Assembly: GCA_016722525.1 (NCBI GenBank)
Contig: JADKJB010000016.1
Coordinates: 25,277 to 89,276 of the forward strand
DNA length: 64,000 nt
From: Bacteroidota bacterium
GTDB lineage: Bacteria; Bacteroidota; Bacteroidia; AKYH767-A; OLB10
Reading direction: 5' to 3'
How positions within the stretch are numbered: the first letter of the stretch is position 1; each line of letters opens with the position of its first letter. Shown here in pieces: positions 11,545 to 24,061 of the stretch. The translations under genes were made by a program, and so were the position numbers. The notes beneath the pieces were generated by a model that did no database searches, was not told the DNA's origin, and saw only the letters and a program-made list of their open reading frames with translations.

Positions 11545-11552
11545 TATTTTTG
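11545..11552 (+). promoter_or_regulatory. Bacteroidota -7 promoter box TATTTTTG (rpoZ)
   Basis: Matches TAnnTTTG, 39 nt upstream of the rpoZ ATG. Confidence 0.45.
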
Positions 11553-11590
11553 CACCTATATATATATATAAGTATAAATCTGAAGAGATC

Positions 11591-11907
11591 ATGTCGTACA
11601 AAATGCCGCAAATACCACTGTAACCCGTGATTTGTTAAAGTTTGAAAAGGGAACCGGTAATATTTATGAATCACTGGTTGTTATCAGCAAAAGAGCCAAT
11701 CACATTTCAACTGAACTGAAGGAAGAACTCCAAAATAAACTGTCGGAATTCGCCACTGGCACCGATAATCTGGAAGAAGTTTTCGAAAATAGAGAACAAA
11801 TTGAGATTTCAAAGTTCTATGAAAGACTTCCTAAGCCTGTTTTAATTGCCCTTCAGGAATATGTGGATGACAAAATTTACCACAGAAACCCAGCTAAAGA
11901 ACAATAA
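11591..11907 (+). CDS. rpoZ: RNA polymerase omega subunit (frameshift in the A-run at 11600-11603)
   Basis: MSYK, then after a +1 correction NAANTTVTRDLLKFEKGTGNIYESLVVISKRANHISTELKEEL. Conserved bamD-rpoZ-coaBC order. Confidence 0.7.
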
Positions 11908-11916
11908 TCTCAGCCC

Positions 11917-13121
11917 ATGAGGCTTTTCAAAAAGAGAATCCTTTTGGGAGTAACCGGTAGCATTGCCGCTTACAAGTCAGCTGAGTTAATACGTCTTTTC
12001 ATTAAGGAAGGCGCTGAAGTACAGGTTGTTATGACTAAATCGGCGCACGATTTTATTACCCCTCTCACATTAGGAACCCTTTCCAAAAAACCTGTTCTCA
12101 CCGAATTCAGTGAACCAGCATCAGGCACATGGAATAACCATGTGGAATTGGGTCTGTGGGCCGATGCCGTTGTTTTAGCACCCGTTACAGCCAATACCAT
12201 TGCCAAATTGGCAGCAGGACGTTGCGATGACTTACTCTCAGCCATTTATTATCAGCCAGATGCCCTGTTTTTATTGCTCCTGCCATGGATCTGGATATGT
12301 TTGCACATCCTTCAACAACGGAAAATATTTCCCAGCTGATTTCGTTTGGAAACAGGGTAATTGGTCCTGCATCAGGAGAATTGGCCAGCGGGCTAAAAGG
12401 TGCCGGACGGATGCTGGAACCAGATGAAATTTGCTCCTTTATGGTAAAGGCGTTGCATCCAAATCCAGAACTTATAGGCAAAAAAGTATTGATAAGTGCA
12501 GGTCCCACCCGGGAATCCATTGACCCGGTCAGATTCATTTCTAACCACTCATCCGGTAAAATGGGAGTGGCATTGGCTGAAGAATTTGCCCTCAGAGGTG
12601 CCTTGGTAACTCTTGTTGCTGGGCCGGGTGTTGTGATGCCAAAAAATGGAGCTATTAGTGTTTTACAGGTTGTTTCAGCCGATCAAATGCTTGTTCAATG
12701 TATAGCAGAATTTAAAAATTCAGACATTGCAATCATGGCTGCTGCAGTTGCCGATTACACACCAATTGCAGTTGCCGATCAAAAGTTAAAAAAGAAATCA
12801 GATCAGGTACATCTTGAACTTAAACCTACTGTAGACATTCTTGCCAGAATGGGCGAAATGAAAACTAAAAACCAGATATTGGTGGGCTTTGCTCTTGAAA
12901 CCGATAATGAAATTGTAAATGCAATTGGTAAATTAGAGCGTAAAAATTTAGATCTTGTAGTGTTAAATTCAATGCAAGACGCCGGAGCTGGCTTTAATTC
13001 TGATACCAATAAAATAACTATCATTGACAAAAATAAAAATGCTGTTCCTTATAGTCTAAAATCCAAAAAGGAAGTAGCTTCTGATATAGCCGATAAAATT
13101 ATTTCATGTTTCAGCAAATGA
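11917..13121 (+). CDS. coaBC: Bifunctional phosphopantothenoylcysteine decarboxylase / phosphopantothenate-cysteine ligase (one frameshift ~12290)
   Basis: N-terminal flavoprotein domain GVTGSIAAYKSAELIR. C-terminal CoaB domain SNHSSGKMG...AAAVADY. Confidence 0.9.
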
Positions 13122-14020
13122 TAAAAATTACTACCCTGGCATTAGCTCTTCTGCTTGTTGTCAATAGCACCAAAGCACAGGAATTAAATTGTAATGTAAC
13201 AGTTCTGACTGCTCAAATTCAAAGCAGCGATAAAAAAATCTATACCACACTTCAGAATTCAATTTATGAATATATGAATAATACCCGGTGGACGAACGAT
13301 CAATACAAGAACCAGGAACGAATTGAATGTACCATTCAGATTAACATAACAGAAAGAGTATCAAATGACGATTTCAAAGCAACTATCCAGGTTCAATCAC
13401 GAAGACCTATTTATAAAACTTCCTACTACTCACCACTGTTAAATATCAATGATGAGAATTTTCAATTCCGATATATAGAATTCCAAACTATTGAGTTCAA
13501 TGAAAATGGTTCCAATCCAAATTTGGCGGCTGTTTTGGCCTATTATGCTTATTTAATTATTGGAATAGATGATGATACTTTCTCTCCTCTTGGAGGAAGT
13601 TTATATTTACAGAAAGCCCAAAATATCACCGCCAATATGCAGAATAGCCCGGAACGTGGCTGGAGGGCTTTTGAAAGTACAAGAAATAGATATTGGCTGG
13701 CTGAAAATCTCAATAATCCCATATTTAAACCGCTGCGGGAAATGATGTATAATTATCACCGCAAAGGACTTGATGTGATGTCGGACAAAAAAGATGATGC
13801 CATAACAGTTATTGCTGAAAGCATAGACGCATTAAAACCACTTCATAATGATAAGCCGGGCAGCTATCTGATGCAAATTATTCTATTTACCAAAGCAGAT
13901 GAAATTGTAAATATTTTCTCTTCAGCCTTTCCTGAAATAAAAACCAGAATGCTGAATACACTCAATGAAATTGATCCCGCAAATGGAACAAAATACCAGG
14001 GTATCATGAATAAAAATTAA
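13106..14020 (+). CDS. DUF4835-family secreted protein
   Basis: 304-aa intact ORF with a signal peptide, in the conserved position between coaBC and recN. The alternative ATG at 13118 gives an ATGA overlap with the coaBC stop. Confidence 0.6.
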   Translation: MFQQMIKITTLALALLLVVNSTKAQELNCNVTVLTAQIQSSDKKIYTTLQNSIYEYMNNTRWTNDQYKNQERIECTIQINITERVSNDDFKATIQVQSRRPIYKTSYYSPLLNINDENFQFRYIEFQTIEFNENGSNPNLAAVLAYYAYLIIGIDDDTFSPLGGSLYLQKAQNITANMQNSPERGWRAFESTRNRYWLAENLNNPIFKPLREMMYNYHRKGLDVMSDKKDDAITVIAESIDALKPLHNDKPGSYLMQIILFTKADEIVNIFSSAFPEIKTRMLNTLNEIDPANGTKYQGIMNKN

Positions 14021-14055
14021 TAGGATTTTATTCTTATCCGGTCGTTCTATTTTTT

Positions 14056-14063
14056 TATTTTTG
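14056..14063 (+). promoter_or_regulatory. -7 promoter box TATTTTTG (recN)
   Basis: TAnnTTTG, 26 nt upstream of the recN ATG. Confidence 0.45.
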
Positions 14064-14088
14064 TAAAAACAACCAGGCTTTTAATCAT

Positions 14089-15749
14089 ATGTTACAGCGA
14101 CTGACAATAAAAAATTATGCTCTCATTGAAGAACTTGATATCACGTTCTCCAAAGGAATGACCATTATTACCGGTGAAACCGGAGCCGGGAAATCGATCC
14201 TTCTAGGGGCACTTTCCATGCTTATCGGAAGTCGTGCGGATTCATCATCATTGCTTAAAAATGATAGGAAATGTATCATTGAAGGATCATTTAGAATTGA
14301 AGAATATAATCTGCATGATTTTTTGTTTCCCATGATCTCGATTTTGAGGATTTAACAACTATTAGAAGAGAAATTAGTCCGGAAGGAAAATCACGTGCTT
14401 TTGTGAATGATACTCCTGTAAACCTCTCTATTCTTAAGGATCTGGGCTCACGTCTTATCGATATCCATTCTCAGCATGAAACACTCACATTGAATGAATC
14501 CGGTTTCCAAATGTTAGTAGTTGACAGCTTCTCCAAACATAGTGCTATACTCAAAGATTTTCAATCGGTTTACTTGAGATATATTTCAAATATTAACCAT
14601 CTTTCTGATTTGCGTGAAAAGGAGATCAAAGCAAAAACAGATGCTGATTATTACAATTTTTTGTTTAATGAAATTGATGAAGCCCGTTTGTTAGCAGGAG
14701 AGCAGGGTGACCTTGAAAAAGAACTGGAAATTCTTAATAATAGTGAAGAAATAAAATCTGCCTTGGCAAAAGCTGCAGCGGCTTTAAATGGTGATGAAAA
14801 CAATTTGATTACTGCATTATCCAGCTTAGAAACTTCCCTCTTTGGGATTTCAAAATTGTATCCGAAAGCAGCAGAAATGTGGAATCGACTGAAGTCGATT
14901 CGCATCGAATTGAAAGATATTTCTAATGAAATTGAGAATCTGGAATCTGATGTAATTTATGATCCATCCAAAGTGGAAATTATTAACGACCGTTTAGATT
15001 TAATTTATCGTCTTCAACAAAAACACAGGGTAAATTCCGTGGAGGAGTTAATGGCAGTTTATTCTGATTTGCAAACAAAACTTTCAGGTATTAATTCGCT
15101 CGAGACTGAAATAGCCAAAGTTGAAATTGCCATCAATCTGGATAAAGATTCCTTAACAACCCAAGCTAAACTTATTCATAAAAACCGGAAAACAGCAATT
15201 GCGGAAATCGAAAAAATAATTAAAACACTTCTATCCGAAGTTGGTATGAAACATGCCGTATTAAAAATTGAATTAGAACCCCTGCCATTAGGTCATTTCA
15301 GGAATAATGGGACCGATCATATTAAGTTCCTTTTTAGTGCAAACAAAGGAATTGAATACCGTGAACTTCATAAAGTTGCTTCTGGTGGTGAACTTTCAAG
15401 GTTGATGCTTTGCATAAAATCAATGATAGCCCGGCTTACTGGATTGCCAACTATTATTTTTGATGAAATAGATACCGGAATATCAGGTGAAATTGCACAC
15501 AAAGTTGGAAATATTGTCAAAGAAATGGCAATAGAGCGTCAGGTAATAGCAATAACACATCTGCCTCAAATGGCAAGTAAAGGGGAGGAGCATCTGTTCG
15601 TTTTCAAAGAAACTCAAGATAACTCAACAGCTACCCGGATCCGGAAACTCAATAAAAATGAAAGGGTAGAGGAGATAGCCAAAATGTTGAGTGGTGAGCA
15701 ACCTACAAAAGCAGCTATTGCAAATGCTAAGGAATTACTGAATGTTTAA
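14089..15749 (+). CDS. recN: DNA repair protein RecN (frameshift in the T6 run at 14319-14324)
   Basis: Walker A GETGAGKS, a long coiled coil, signature ASGGELSRLMLCIK, Walker B IIFDEIDTGISG. Confidence 0.9.
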
Positions 15750-15767
15750 ATGATCACTAAAATATCC

Positions 15768-15775
15768 TATTTTTG
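15768..15775 (+). promoter_or_regulatory. -7 promoter box TATTTTTG (fabI)
   Basis: TAnnTTTG, 22 nt upstream of the ATG at 15797. Confidence 0.45.
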
Positions 15776-15796
15776 ACCCGACAAAACCACTCAATT

Positions 15797-16612
15797 ATGG
15801 CAAATCAATTACTCAAAGGAAAAAAGGGAATTATTTTTGGCGCACTTGATCCAAATTCAATTGCTTGGAAAGTTGCCTTAAAAGCTCATGCTGAAGGAGC
15901 TGTGTTTACTCTTACAAATGCTCCTGTAGCTATGCGTATGGGTGCTATTAATGAACTGGCAGCAACCACCGGATCACAGGTCATACCTGCTGATGCCACC
16001 ATTAATGAAGATCTTGAAAACCTGTTTAATAAATCCATTGAAATTCTGGGAGGAAAGGTTGATTTTGTGCTTCATTCAATAGGCATGTCTCCCAATGTGA
16101 GAAAGAATATTCCTTATACCCAGACGAATTACGATTTTTTTCATAAAACACTTGATATTTCTGCTCTATCGTTGCACCGAACCTTGCAGACCGCAATGAA
16201 AATAGATGCAATCAATGAATGGGGTAGCGTGGTAGCATTAACTTATATTGCTTCGCAAAGGGTTTTTCCAGATTACAATGATATGGCTGATGCAAAATCA
16301 CTTCTTGAATCCATCACTCGTTCATTTGGATATCAGTACGGAAAAGCCAAAAAAGTTAGAGTAAATACAATTTCTCAATCACCAACAAAAACAACAGCTG
16401 GTAGCGGAGTGAAGGGATTTGATGGATTTTTTAATTATGCCGACCAAATGTCTCCGCTAGGTAATGCATCCGCTGAAAGTTGCGCAGATTATTGTATTTC
16501 TATGTTTTCTGATCTCACTAAAATGGTTACCATGCAAAACCTGTTTCATGATGGTGGGTTTTCCTATACAGGTGTCAGCGCTGAAGTAATTGAAAAATTC
16601 AATACCATTTGA
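15797..16612 (+). CDS. fabI: Enoyl-ACP reductase FabI
   Basis: MANQLLKGKKGIIFGALDPNSIAWKVA... is the typical Bacteroidota FabI N-terminus. The ORF is intact. Confidence 0.85.
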   Translation: MANQLLKGKKGIIFGALDPNSIAWKVALKAHAEGAVFTLTNAPVAMRMGAINELAATTGSQVIPADATINEDLENLFNKSIEILGGKVDFVLHSIGMSPNVRKNIPYTQTNYDFFHKTLDISALSLHRTLQTAMKIDAINEWGSVVALTYIASQRVFPDYNDMADAKSLLESITRSFGYQYGKAKKVRVNTISQSPTKTTAGSGVKGFDGFFNYADQMSPLGNASAESCADYCISMFSDLTKMVTMQNLFHDGGFSYTGVSAEVIEKFNTI

Positions 16613-16670
16613 CATTTTATCCGGAAAACTATTTTCGTTGATAAATATTGATACCAAAAATTAGTAATCA

Positions 16671-16695
16671 AAAAAAGCCTCCCTTTCAGGAGGCT
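16671..16695 (-). terminator. Intrinsic terminator of clpC
   Basis: Stem AGCCTCC/GGAGGCT (16676-16695). On the minus strand it is followed by a T-run (complement of A 16671-16675), 21 nt after the clpC stop. Confidence 0.65.
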
Positions 16696-16715
16696 GTGAT
16701 TAATTAACCAATCAA

Positions 16716-19257
16716 TCAATTTTCTTCTTTCTTTTTTCTTGTTTTAGGAGGAGCCGGTGATTTGTGTACCACAGCTTTGAGAGTATTGTTTTCTGCATCC
16801 AGATCCAAATCTATTTGATCTCCTTCGGTAAGTTCACCTTTTATAATTTCTTCCGCCAATGCATCTTCAACATATTTTTGAATTGCACGCTTGAGTGGAC
16901 GTGCACCAAAGTTGGCATCAAAACCTTTATCAGAAATAAAGTCCTTGGCCTCATCACTTAACTTAAGTTTGTATCCAAGATCAGTAATACGCTTATACAA
17001 ATGCTCCAGTTCAATATCAATAATTCGATGAATTTCAGCTTTACCTAAGGAGTTGAATATAACGACATCATCAATTCTGTTCAAAAATTCAGGAGCAAAT
17101 GCTTTTTTTAATGAATGCTCAATTACAGAACGAGTGTGCTCATCAGCTGCATTCACTTTAGCAGTAGAGCTAAATCCTACACCCGCACCAAAATCTTTCA
17201 ATTGACGTGAACCAATATTTGAGGTCATGATAATAATAGAGTTTTTGAAATCTACTTTACGTCCCAGGCTGTCAGTTAACTGACCATCATCTAAAACCTG
17301 AAGAAGCAAATTAAATACATCCGGATGCGCTTTTTCAATTTCATCAAGCAGAATAACAGAATAAGGTTTTCTTCTGACTTTTTCTGTGAGCTGTCCACCT
17401 TCTTCATAACCCACATATCCCGGAGGTGCTCCGATTAATCTTGAAACGGCAATTTTTCCATGTATTCACTCACATCAATTCTTATGAGTGCATCGGGAGA
17501 ATCAAACAAGTAATGCGCAAGTACCTTTGCTAATTCTGTTTTCCAACACCTGTAGGTCCAAGGAAAATAAAAGAGCCAATGGGCTTGTTAGGATCTTTTA
17601 AGCCTGCACGATTTCTTTGAATAGCTTTGACCACTTTTGAATCGCCTTCATCTTGTCCTATTACCTTACCTTGCAATTCCTCAGGCATTTTAATCAGCCT
17701 TGCAGTTTCTGCTTGAGCAATCCTGTGAACAGGAACACCTGACATCATAGCAACAACAGCTGCTGCGTCTTCGCGGTGACTGCATAACGCTGGTTCTTGG
17801 TTTCTTCTTCCAGGCTTTTTTTGCAATTTCAATTCTTCCAGTAATTGCTTTTCTGTATCTCTTAATCGTGCCGCTTCTTCGTATTTCTGACTACGAACAA
17901 CCTTGTTCTTTTCAACTTTTATATCCTGAATTTTAGATTCCAGTTCAATAATATTTTGAGGAACGTGGATATTGGAAATATGCACGCGACTTCCTGCTTC
18001 ATCTAATGCATCAATGGCTTTATCAGGAAGAAAACGATCGGTAATATATCTGGCAGTCAGTGTGACACAGGCTTTGATTGCTTCATCAGTATAATTTACA
18101 TGATGATGCTCTTCATAACGTTCTTTGATATTGTGAAGAATTTCAACTGTTTCATCAACAGATGTAGGATCTACTAAAACCTTTTGAAAACGACGATCCA
18201 GCGCACCATCTTTTTCAATATACTGACGGTATTCGTCTAAAGTGGTGGCACCAATACATTGAATTTCGCCTCTGGCTAATGCAGGCTTGAACATGTTACT
18301 TGCATCCAAAGAACCGCTAGCCCCACCAGCACCAATTATTGTATGAATTTCATCGATAAATAAGATTACATCCGGCGACTTTTCAAGTTCATTCATTACC
18401 GCTTTCATACGCTCTTCAAATTGGCCGCGGTATTTTGTACCGGCAACTAATGAGGCTAAATCAAGAGTAACAATTCTTTTGTTAAATAAAACTCTGGATA
18501 CTTTTCTTTGAACAATACGCAGAGCAAGTCCTTCAGCTATTGCTGATTTACCAACACCGGGTTCTCCAATAAGAATCGGGTTATTTTTCTTGCGCCTTGA
18601 AAGGATTTGGGAAACACGCTCAATTTCCTTCTCACGACCAACAATAGGATCCAATTTTCCTTCTTCAGCAGCACGTGTTAAATCACGTCCGAAATTATCC
18701 AAAACAGGAGTCTTCGATTTAGAATCCCCTGATTTTTTAGTGGTTCCCATCCCTGGATTGTCATCATCTTTTGAATATGGATCATCATCGGCAGGGTTGG
18801 AGGGTGATTCTGATCTGAAATTAGAACGGAACAATTCCAGTTCTTCTCTCAGAATATCGTAATTCACCCCGTATTGATTTAAAATTTGAGTCGCTATGTT
18901 GTCTTCATCTTTTAAAATTGCCAACAAAAGATGCTCTGTCCCAATAATATCGGACTTAAAAATTTTCGCTTCAAGATAAGTAATCTTTAATGCTTTTTCG
19001 GCTTGTTTTGTAAGTGGTATGTTGCCAATATTCGCATTGTTTCCGGTACTGCCTTTGACAGCCCCTTCAACCGATTTTCTCAATTCTACAAGATTGATAT
19101 TTAATGACTTAAGAATCTTTATTGCCATTCCTTCTCCTTCACGAATGAGGCCCAGCAACAAGTGTTCCGTTCCAATGTATTCATGACCAAGTCGCAAGGC
19201 TTCTTCGCGGCTGTATGAAATTACATCCTTAACACGGGGGGAGAATTTAGCTTCCAT
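16716..19257 (-). CDS. clpC: ATP-dependent Clp protease ATP-binding subunit ClpC (at least 2 breaking and 2 compensating frameshifts)
   Basis: N-terminal Clp repeats, Walker [14 protein letters not shown] and GPTGVGK, and a UVR-like linker. The segment 17415-17530 only reads ([46 protein letters not shown]) after frame corrections. Confidence 0.9.
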
Positions 19258-19626
19258 AGTAAGTTATGAGTATTATTATTGTTTCAAACGATTAAAGGAT
19301 GTAAAATGTTCAGTTTTTTGAGGTCTTTTACTTCCTTGTGACTTATGGCCTTGTATCTGACAAACATAATTAATTATAGTTTGTGACAAATATGAGGAGT
19401 GTTGATATTATTAATGATTTTTCAACATAAAATATGCCAGAGAATTGTTAACTTCGTGAACCGTAAAATAAAGTAAAATAAATAACAAATAAAAGTCCTG
19501 AAACCATAGTATTTACAAGGGTTTAGATAAACTATCCCAACTTAAGTAAATCAACTGACAGATTGTCGTGTCAGCTGATTAAATCAAACCGAACTAAGCT
19601 TCTAAAAATTTATTAACAATAAACAA

Positions 19627-22205
19627 ATGCACGAAGGAGAAAAAATAGTCAGAATCAATATTGAAGAGGAAATGAAAACCGCTTACATTGATTATTCAAT
19701 GTCGGTTATTGTGTCACGCGCACTTCCTGATGTTCGGGATGGTTTAAAGCCCGTTCATCGCCGCGTACTATTCGGAATGCTCGATTTAGGGGTTATGTCA
19801 AACAAAGCTCATAAAAAATCAGCCAGAATAGTAGGGGAGGTTCTTGGTAAAGTATCACCCTCATGGGGATACTTCTGTTTATGATGCAATGGTGAGGATG
19901 GCTCAGGAATGGTCTTTACGATATCCATTGGTAGATGGTCAGGGTAACTTCGGATCGGTTGATGGTGATAGTCCTGCTGCCATGCGTTATACCGAAGCAA
20001 GATTGAAAAAAATTGCGGAAGAAATGTTGTTGGACATTGACAAGGACACTGTAGATTTTAAATTGAATTTTGATGATACCCTCAAAGAACCTACAGTTTT
20101 ACCGGGAAAAATTCCAAATTTATTGGTCAATGGTGCCTCCGGAATTGCAGTAGGTATGGCTACCAATATGGCTCCTCATAACCTTACTGAAGTTTTGGAT
20201 GCCGTTATTGCCTATATCAATGACAGGGAAATTTCTGTTGAAGATCTGATTCGTTATGTGAAAGCTCCTGATTTTCCAACTGGAGGGATTATTTATGGAT
20301 TTAATGGGGTTAAAGAAGCTCTCCTTACCGGTAGAGGCAGAGTAATGATGAGGGCAAAAGCCAACATTGAAACAATGGAAAATGGCAGAGAGCGAATTAT
20401 CGTTACTGAAATTCCTTACCAAACCAATAAGGCCGAAATGATTAAAAAGACGGTCGACCTTATTAATGATAAAAAACTTGAAGGTATTTCTGATATCCGC
20501 GATGAATCTGATAGGGATGGAATGAGGGTTGTTTATGAAATTAAACGTGATTCTCAGGCTAATGTAGTATTAAATAACCTATATAAATACACTGCTTTAC
20601 AAACTTCATTCAGTGTAAATAATATCGCATTAGTAGGCGGACGACCTATGATGTTGAATCTGAAAGATCTCATTCATCATTATGTTGAACATCGTCATGA
20701 AGTGTTGATTCGTAAGACAAGATACGAGCTGGCTGAAGCCGAAAAACGTGCTCACATTTTAGAGGGTTTGCTTATTGCTCTTGATCATCTTGACGAAGTA
20801 ATTGCCTTGATCAGAAAATCACAAACCCCTGATGAAGCAAAAACCGGATTGATGTCCTCGTTTGCCCTTTCTGAAATCCAATCAAAGGCAATCCTTGAAA
20901 TGAGATTGCAGCGTTTGACAGGACTGGAAAGAGATAAAATCAAGGATGAATATGCAGAGTTAATGAAAGTAATTGATTATTATAAAGATCTGCTGACAAA
21001 TGAAACTCTTCGGATGGAAATCCTGAAGGATGAAATGGTAGAAATGCGATCTAAATATGGTGATGAACGACGGACGGAAATTGTATATGCAGCAGATGAA
21101 ATCTCTATGGAGGATATCATTGCTGATGAAGCAGTTGTAGTGACTATTTCTCATCTTGGATATATCAAACGTACTTTGCTGACAGAATATCGCCTGCAAT
21201 CGAGAGGTGGTCGTGGTGCTAAAGGCACTGTTACCAGAGATGAAGATTTTGTGGAGCACATGTTTGTTGCTACGAATCATAATTATATTCTTTGTTTACC
21301 GAAAAAGGGCGCTGTTTCTGGCTGCGTACCTATGAAATTCCTGAAGGTAATAAAACCTCTAAAGGAAGAGCCATTCAGAATATTGTAAATATTCCGCCTG
21401 ATGATAAGGTAAAGCTTTTATCAACGTTACAAGTCTTACGGATGAAGATTATTTGAATACTAATTTTATCATCTTATGTACTAAGGACGGCACCATTAAA
21501 AAGACCTCACTGGAAGCTTACTCCAGGGTTCGTCAGAATGGTATTAACGCTGTAACCATTCGTGAAGGGGATCAACTTTTGGAAGCAAGACTGACAGATG
21601 GAACATCTGAAATTTTGCTGGCATTGCGCTCCGGACGAGCCATTCGTTTTAATGAAGCGAAAGTGCGGCCGATGGGCAGAAATGCTACAGGAGTTAGAGG
21701 TGTTACTTTAGGGCACGAAAAAGATGAAGTAATCGGTATGGTGTGTGTAAAAGATGCTTCTAAAGAGACTATTCTGGTTGTTTCCGAAAATGGGTATGGA
21801 AAAAGATCCGATTTGGAAGATTATAGAGTTACCAACAGAGGTGGAAAAGGTGTTAAAACCTTAAACATAACTGATAAAACTGGTGACCTCATCGCAATTA
21901 AAGCTGTTACCGAAAATGATGAACTTATGATTATTAACAAATCAGGAGTAGCCATTCGAATGTCGGTAGGTGATTTAAGAGTTATGGGAAGAGCTACCCA
22001 GGGAGTTCGTTTAATAAGGTTAGATGAAGCAGATCAAATTGCATCGGTAGCCAAAATTGATGAAATTGTTGTTGAAGTAGATGAGTTAGAAAATAGTGTT
22101 AATGCAGATGGACTAGCTGCTTCGGAACTTCCAATCAATCCTGATGGAGAAGAAAATAATCAAACAGAAGGGACTGGAGAAACAACGGATGAAACTCCTG
22201 AATAA
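19627..22205 (+). CDS. gyrA: DNA gyrase subunit A (at least 2 frameshifts)
   Basis: [21 protein letters not shown], the HPHGD region split by a 1-nt insertion near 19847, the active-site region [10 protein letters not shown], a C-terminal beta-pinwheel and an acidic tail. Confidence 0.95.
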
Positions 22206-22259
22206 GTGGTAAATTTAAGTTAAAGAAAATCTTTATATAAATTCATAAAATCCTTAAAA

Positions 22260-23328
22260 TGAAAAAGTTACTAATTTTAATTGTAGCAATGGTTTTAGTG
22301 GTTTCCGGAACTTTTGCTCAAAAAAGTAAGATCCAAACAGCTTGGAATTATTACAAATATGATGAGCTGGACAAAGCAAAAACTGCTATTGATGAGGCAT
22401 TCAGTAAATGAAACGACTATCGGAATGGCAAAGACCTGGTATTACAAAGGGTTAATTTACCAAAAGATGTACAAGCATGAAAATGGGGAGCGCTTGATCC
22501 AAATTCCTTATCAATAGCTTATCAAGCCTACAATAAAGCACTTGAAATTGAGCCCAAGTATGAGTTTTCAGAAGAAATAAATCAAAACAAGCTCGTGATT
22601 GGAAATCAAATGTTTGGTCAAGGGGTTGAATTTTTAATGCCAAGGAATACAACAAAGCCTTAGCCTCTTTTGAAAATGTTTTGTCCACCTCACCAAATGA
22701 TACTCTAGCCACCCTTAATGCTGCTTACAGCGCTGAGAGATCAGGGAATAAAATTAAGTCAAAGGAGTATTATAACAAATTGATTTCCATGAAGTATAAG
22801 GATCCAAAAATCTATATTTTTCTTGGAAATATTTACAAATCAGAAGGTGATTCCGCAATGGCATTGTCAACAATTGAAAAAGGTCGTCAAATGTTTCCTT
22901 CAGATAATAGCCTGGTTATTGAAGAGTTAAACATGTACCTGGCCAGTGGTAGAGATAAAGAAGCCTTAGAGTCATTAAATGTTGCTATTCAAGGAGATCC
23001 TAACAACAGCAGCCTGTTTTTTGCGCAAGGAACTGTTTATGATAAATTAAACCGTAAAAACGAAGCCGCTGTATCGTATAAAAAAGCCATTGAAATCAAG
23101 AGTGACTATTTTGATGCTTATTACAATTTAGGAGCTATGTATTTTAACGAAGCCGCTGAAATGGCAAATAAGGCAAACGATATTAAGTCGAATACGGAAT
23201 ATGGTAAAGCCAAAGAGAAATTTGATGCTAAATTTAAAGAATCAATGCCTTATCTTGAAAAAGCACTGGAGTTGAGTCCAAATGATTCCAATACAATGCT
23301 TTCTTTTATTGACGGGGGTACAGGCTGA
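22260..23328 (+). CDS. TPR-repeat lipoprotein/secreted protein (about 3 frameshifts)
   Basis: ATG at 22260 gives MKKLLILIVAMVLVVSGTFAQ. Fragments in three frames join into TPR repeats (WYYKGLIYQKMY, AYQAYNKALEIEPKY, FFAQGTVYDKLNRKNEAAVSYKKAIEIKSDYFDAYYNLG). Confidence 0.5.
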
Positions 23329-23414
23329 TTTATTCTATTTAACATAATTAATTATAAGACAATGAATAATTTTGTTTATTTTTACGGGCATTCAAAGTCT
23401 TATAATTAACCGTT

Positions 23415-23594
23415 ATGTTAAATACTTGCCCAAAGGAAAGTGTTGCCGATCAGGTCCATATTACTTTACTGTTAATGAGTGAAATCAAAGCATCAAATGG
23501 TATTGACCTTTTTAGTTGGGAAAATTACTTTGCAATGCCTGGCCATTTAGAAGTTGACTACACACTCCTCGACCAATTGATTAAATTAATCTAA
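23415..23594 (+). CDS. Hypothetical 59-aa ORF (below the ORF-track cutoff)
   Basis: ATG..TAA ORF MLNTCPKESVADQVHITLLLMSEIKASNGIDLFSWENYFAMPGHLEVDYTLLDQLIKLI. It is the only open frame in an otherwise ORF-free 790-bp gap, and I recognise no family. Confidence 0.2.
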   Translation: MLNTCPKESVADQVHITLLLMSEIKASNGIDLFSWENYFAMPGHLEVDYTLLDQLIKLI

Positions 23595-23971
23595 AGATTT
23601 TTTTTATTGATATAGACTTTGACGCTAATGATATCTGATTGTTCACATGGGGATGTTTGGTTGGGTAAGTCAAAACGACAGGAACCCCTGCAATTTTCAA
23701 TACTTGTTATTCTCCCAATACCTATTGCAACATAAAAAGAACTTTTAGAGCCTCATGTGGCGACAATTGAATTTCCAAAGTGTCTCAAAAAAGACGATAA
23801 TATCATTTGAAGTAAATACTTAGTTAACATAATTTTTTGCAAATGAGACAATCACTTATTTTTCAAACAAAGAAGAGTTTTTAGTCTTCCTTTAAGGCAA
23901 AGGATATAGCTAATAAGACAACGACTTGGCAATGGGGAATCGTTTCAATGATAATTTATTGAGACATTCCT

Positions 23972-24053
23972 AATTCACCGACGAATTCATCTGATTCACC
24001 GATTCTGATCCCTGTATCACCTATTTGCCCTTTTCCAGCTGTGATCACCGATA
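23972..24053 (+). promoter_or_regulatory. Phased direct repeats (A/T)TCACC(G/T)A: candidate LytTR response-regulator binding sites
   Basis: TCACC cores start at 23975, 23996, 24017 (21-bp spacing) and 24045. They lie directly upstream of a TACTTTTG -7 box and the liaF-like/lytS/lytTR genes. Confidence 0.45.
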
Positions 24054-24061
24054 TACTTTTG
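24054..24061 (+). promoter_or_regulatory. -7 promoter box TACTTTTG (liaF-like gene)
   Basis: TAnnTTTG match, 56 nt upstream of the ATG at 24117. Confidence 0.4.

Noticed and set aside
11557-11570. (TA)7 dinucleotide repeat between the rpoZ -7 box and its start codon as a phase-variation switch
   Set aside because: Nothing suggests that an RNA polymerase subunit would be phase-variable, and the repeat lies in an AT-rich leader where such runs arise by chance. It is noted only as a possible slippage site.
19548-19580. Imperfect inverted repeat AATCAACTGAC-N10-GTCAGCTGATT upstream of gyrA as an operator
   Set aside because: It is a single imperfect copy with no cognate regulator nearby and no second occurrence seen. 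It cannot be distinguished from a chance 5' UTR hairpin.
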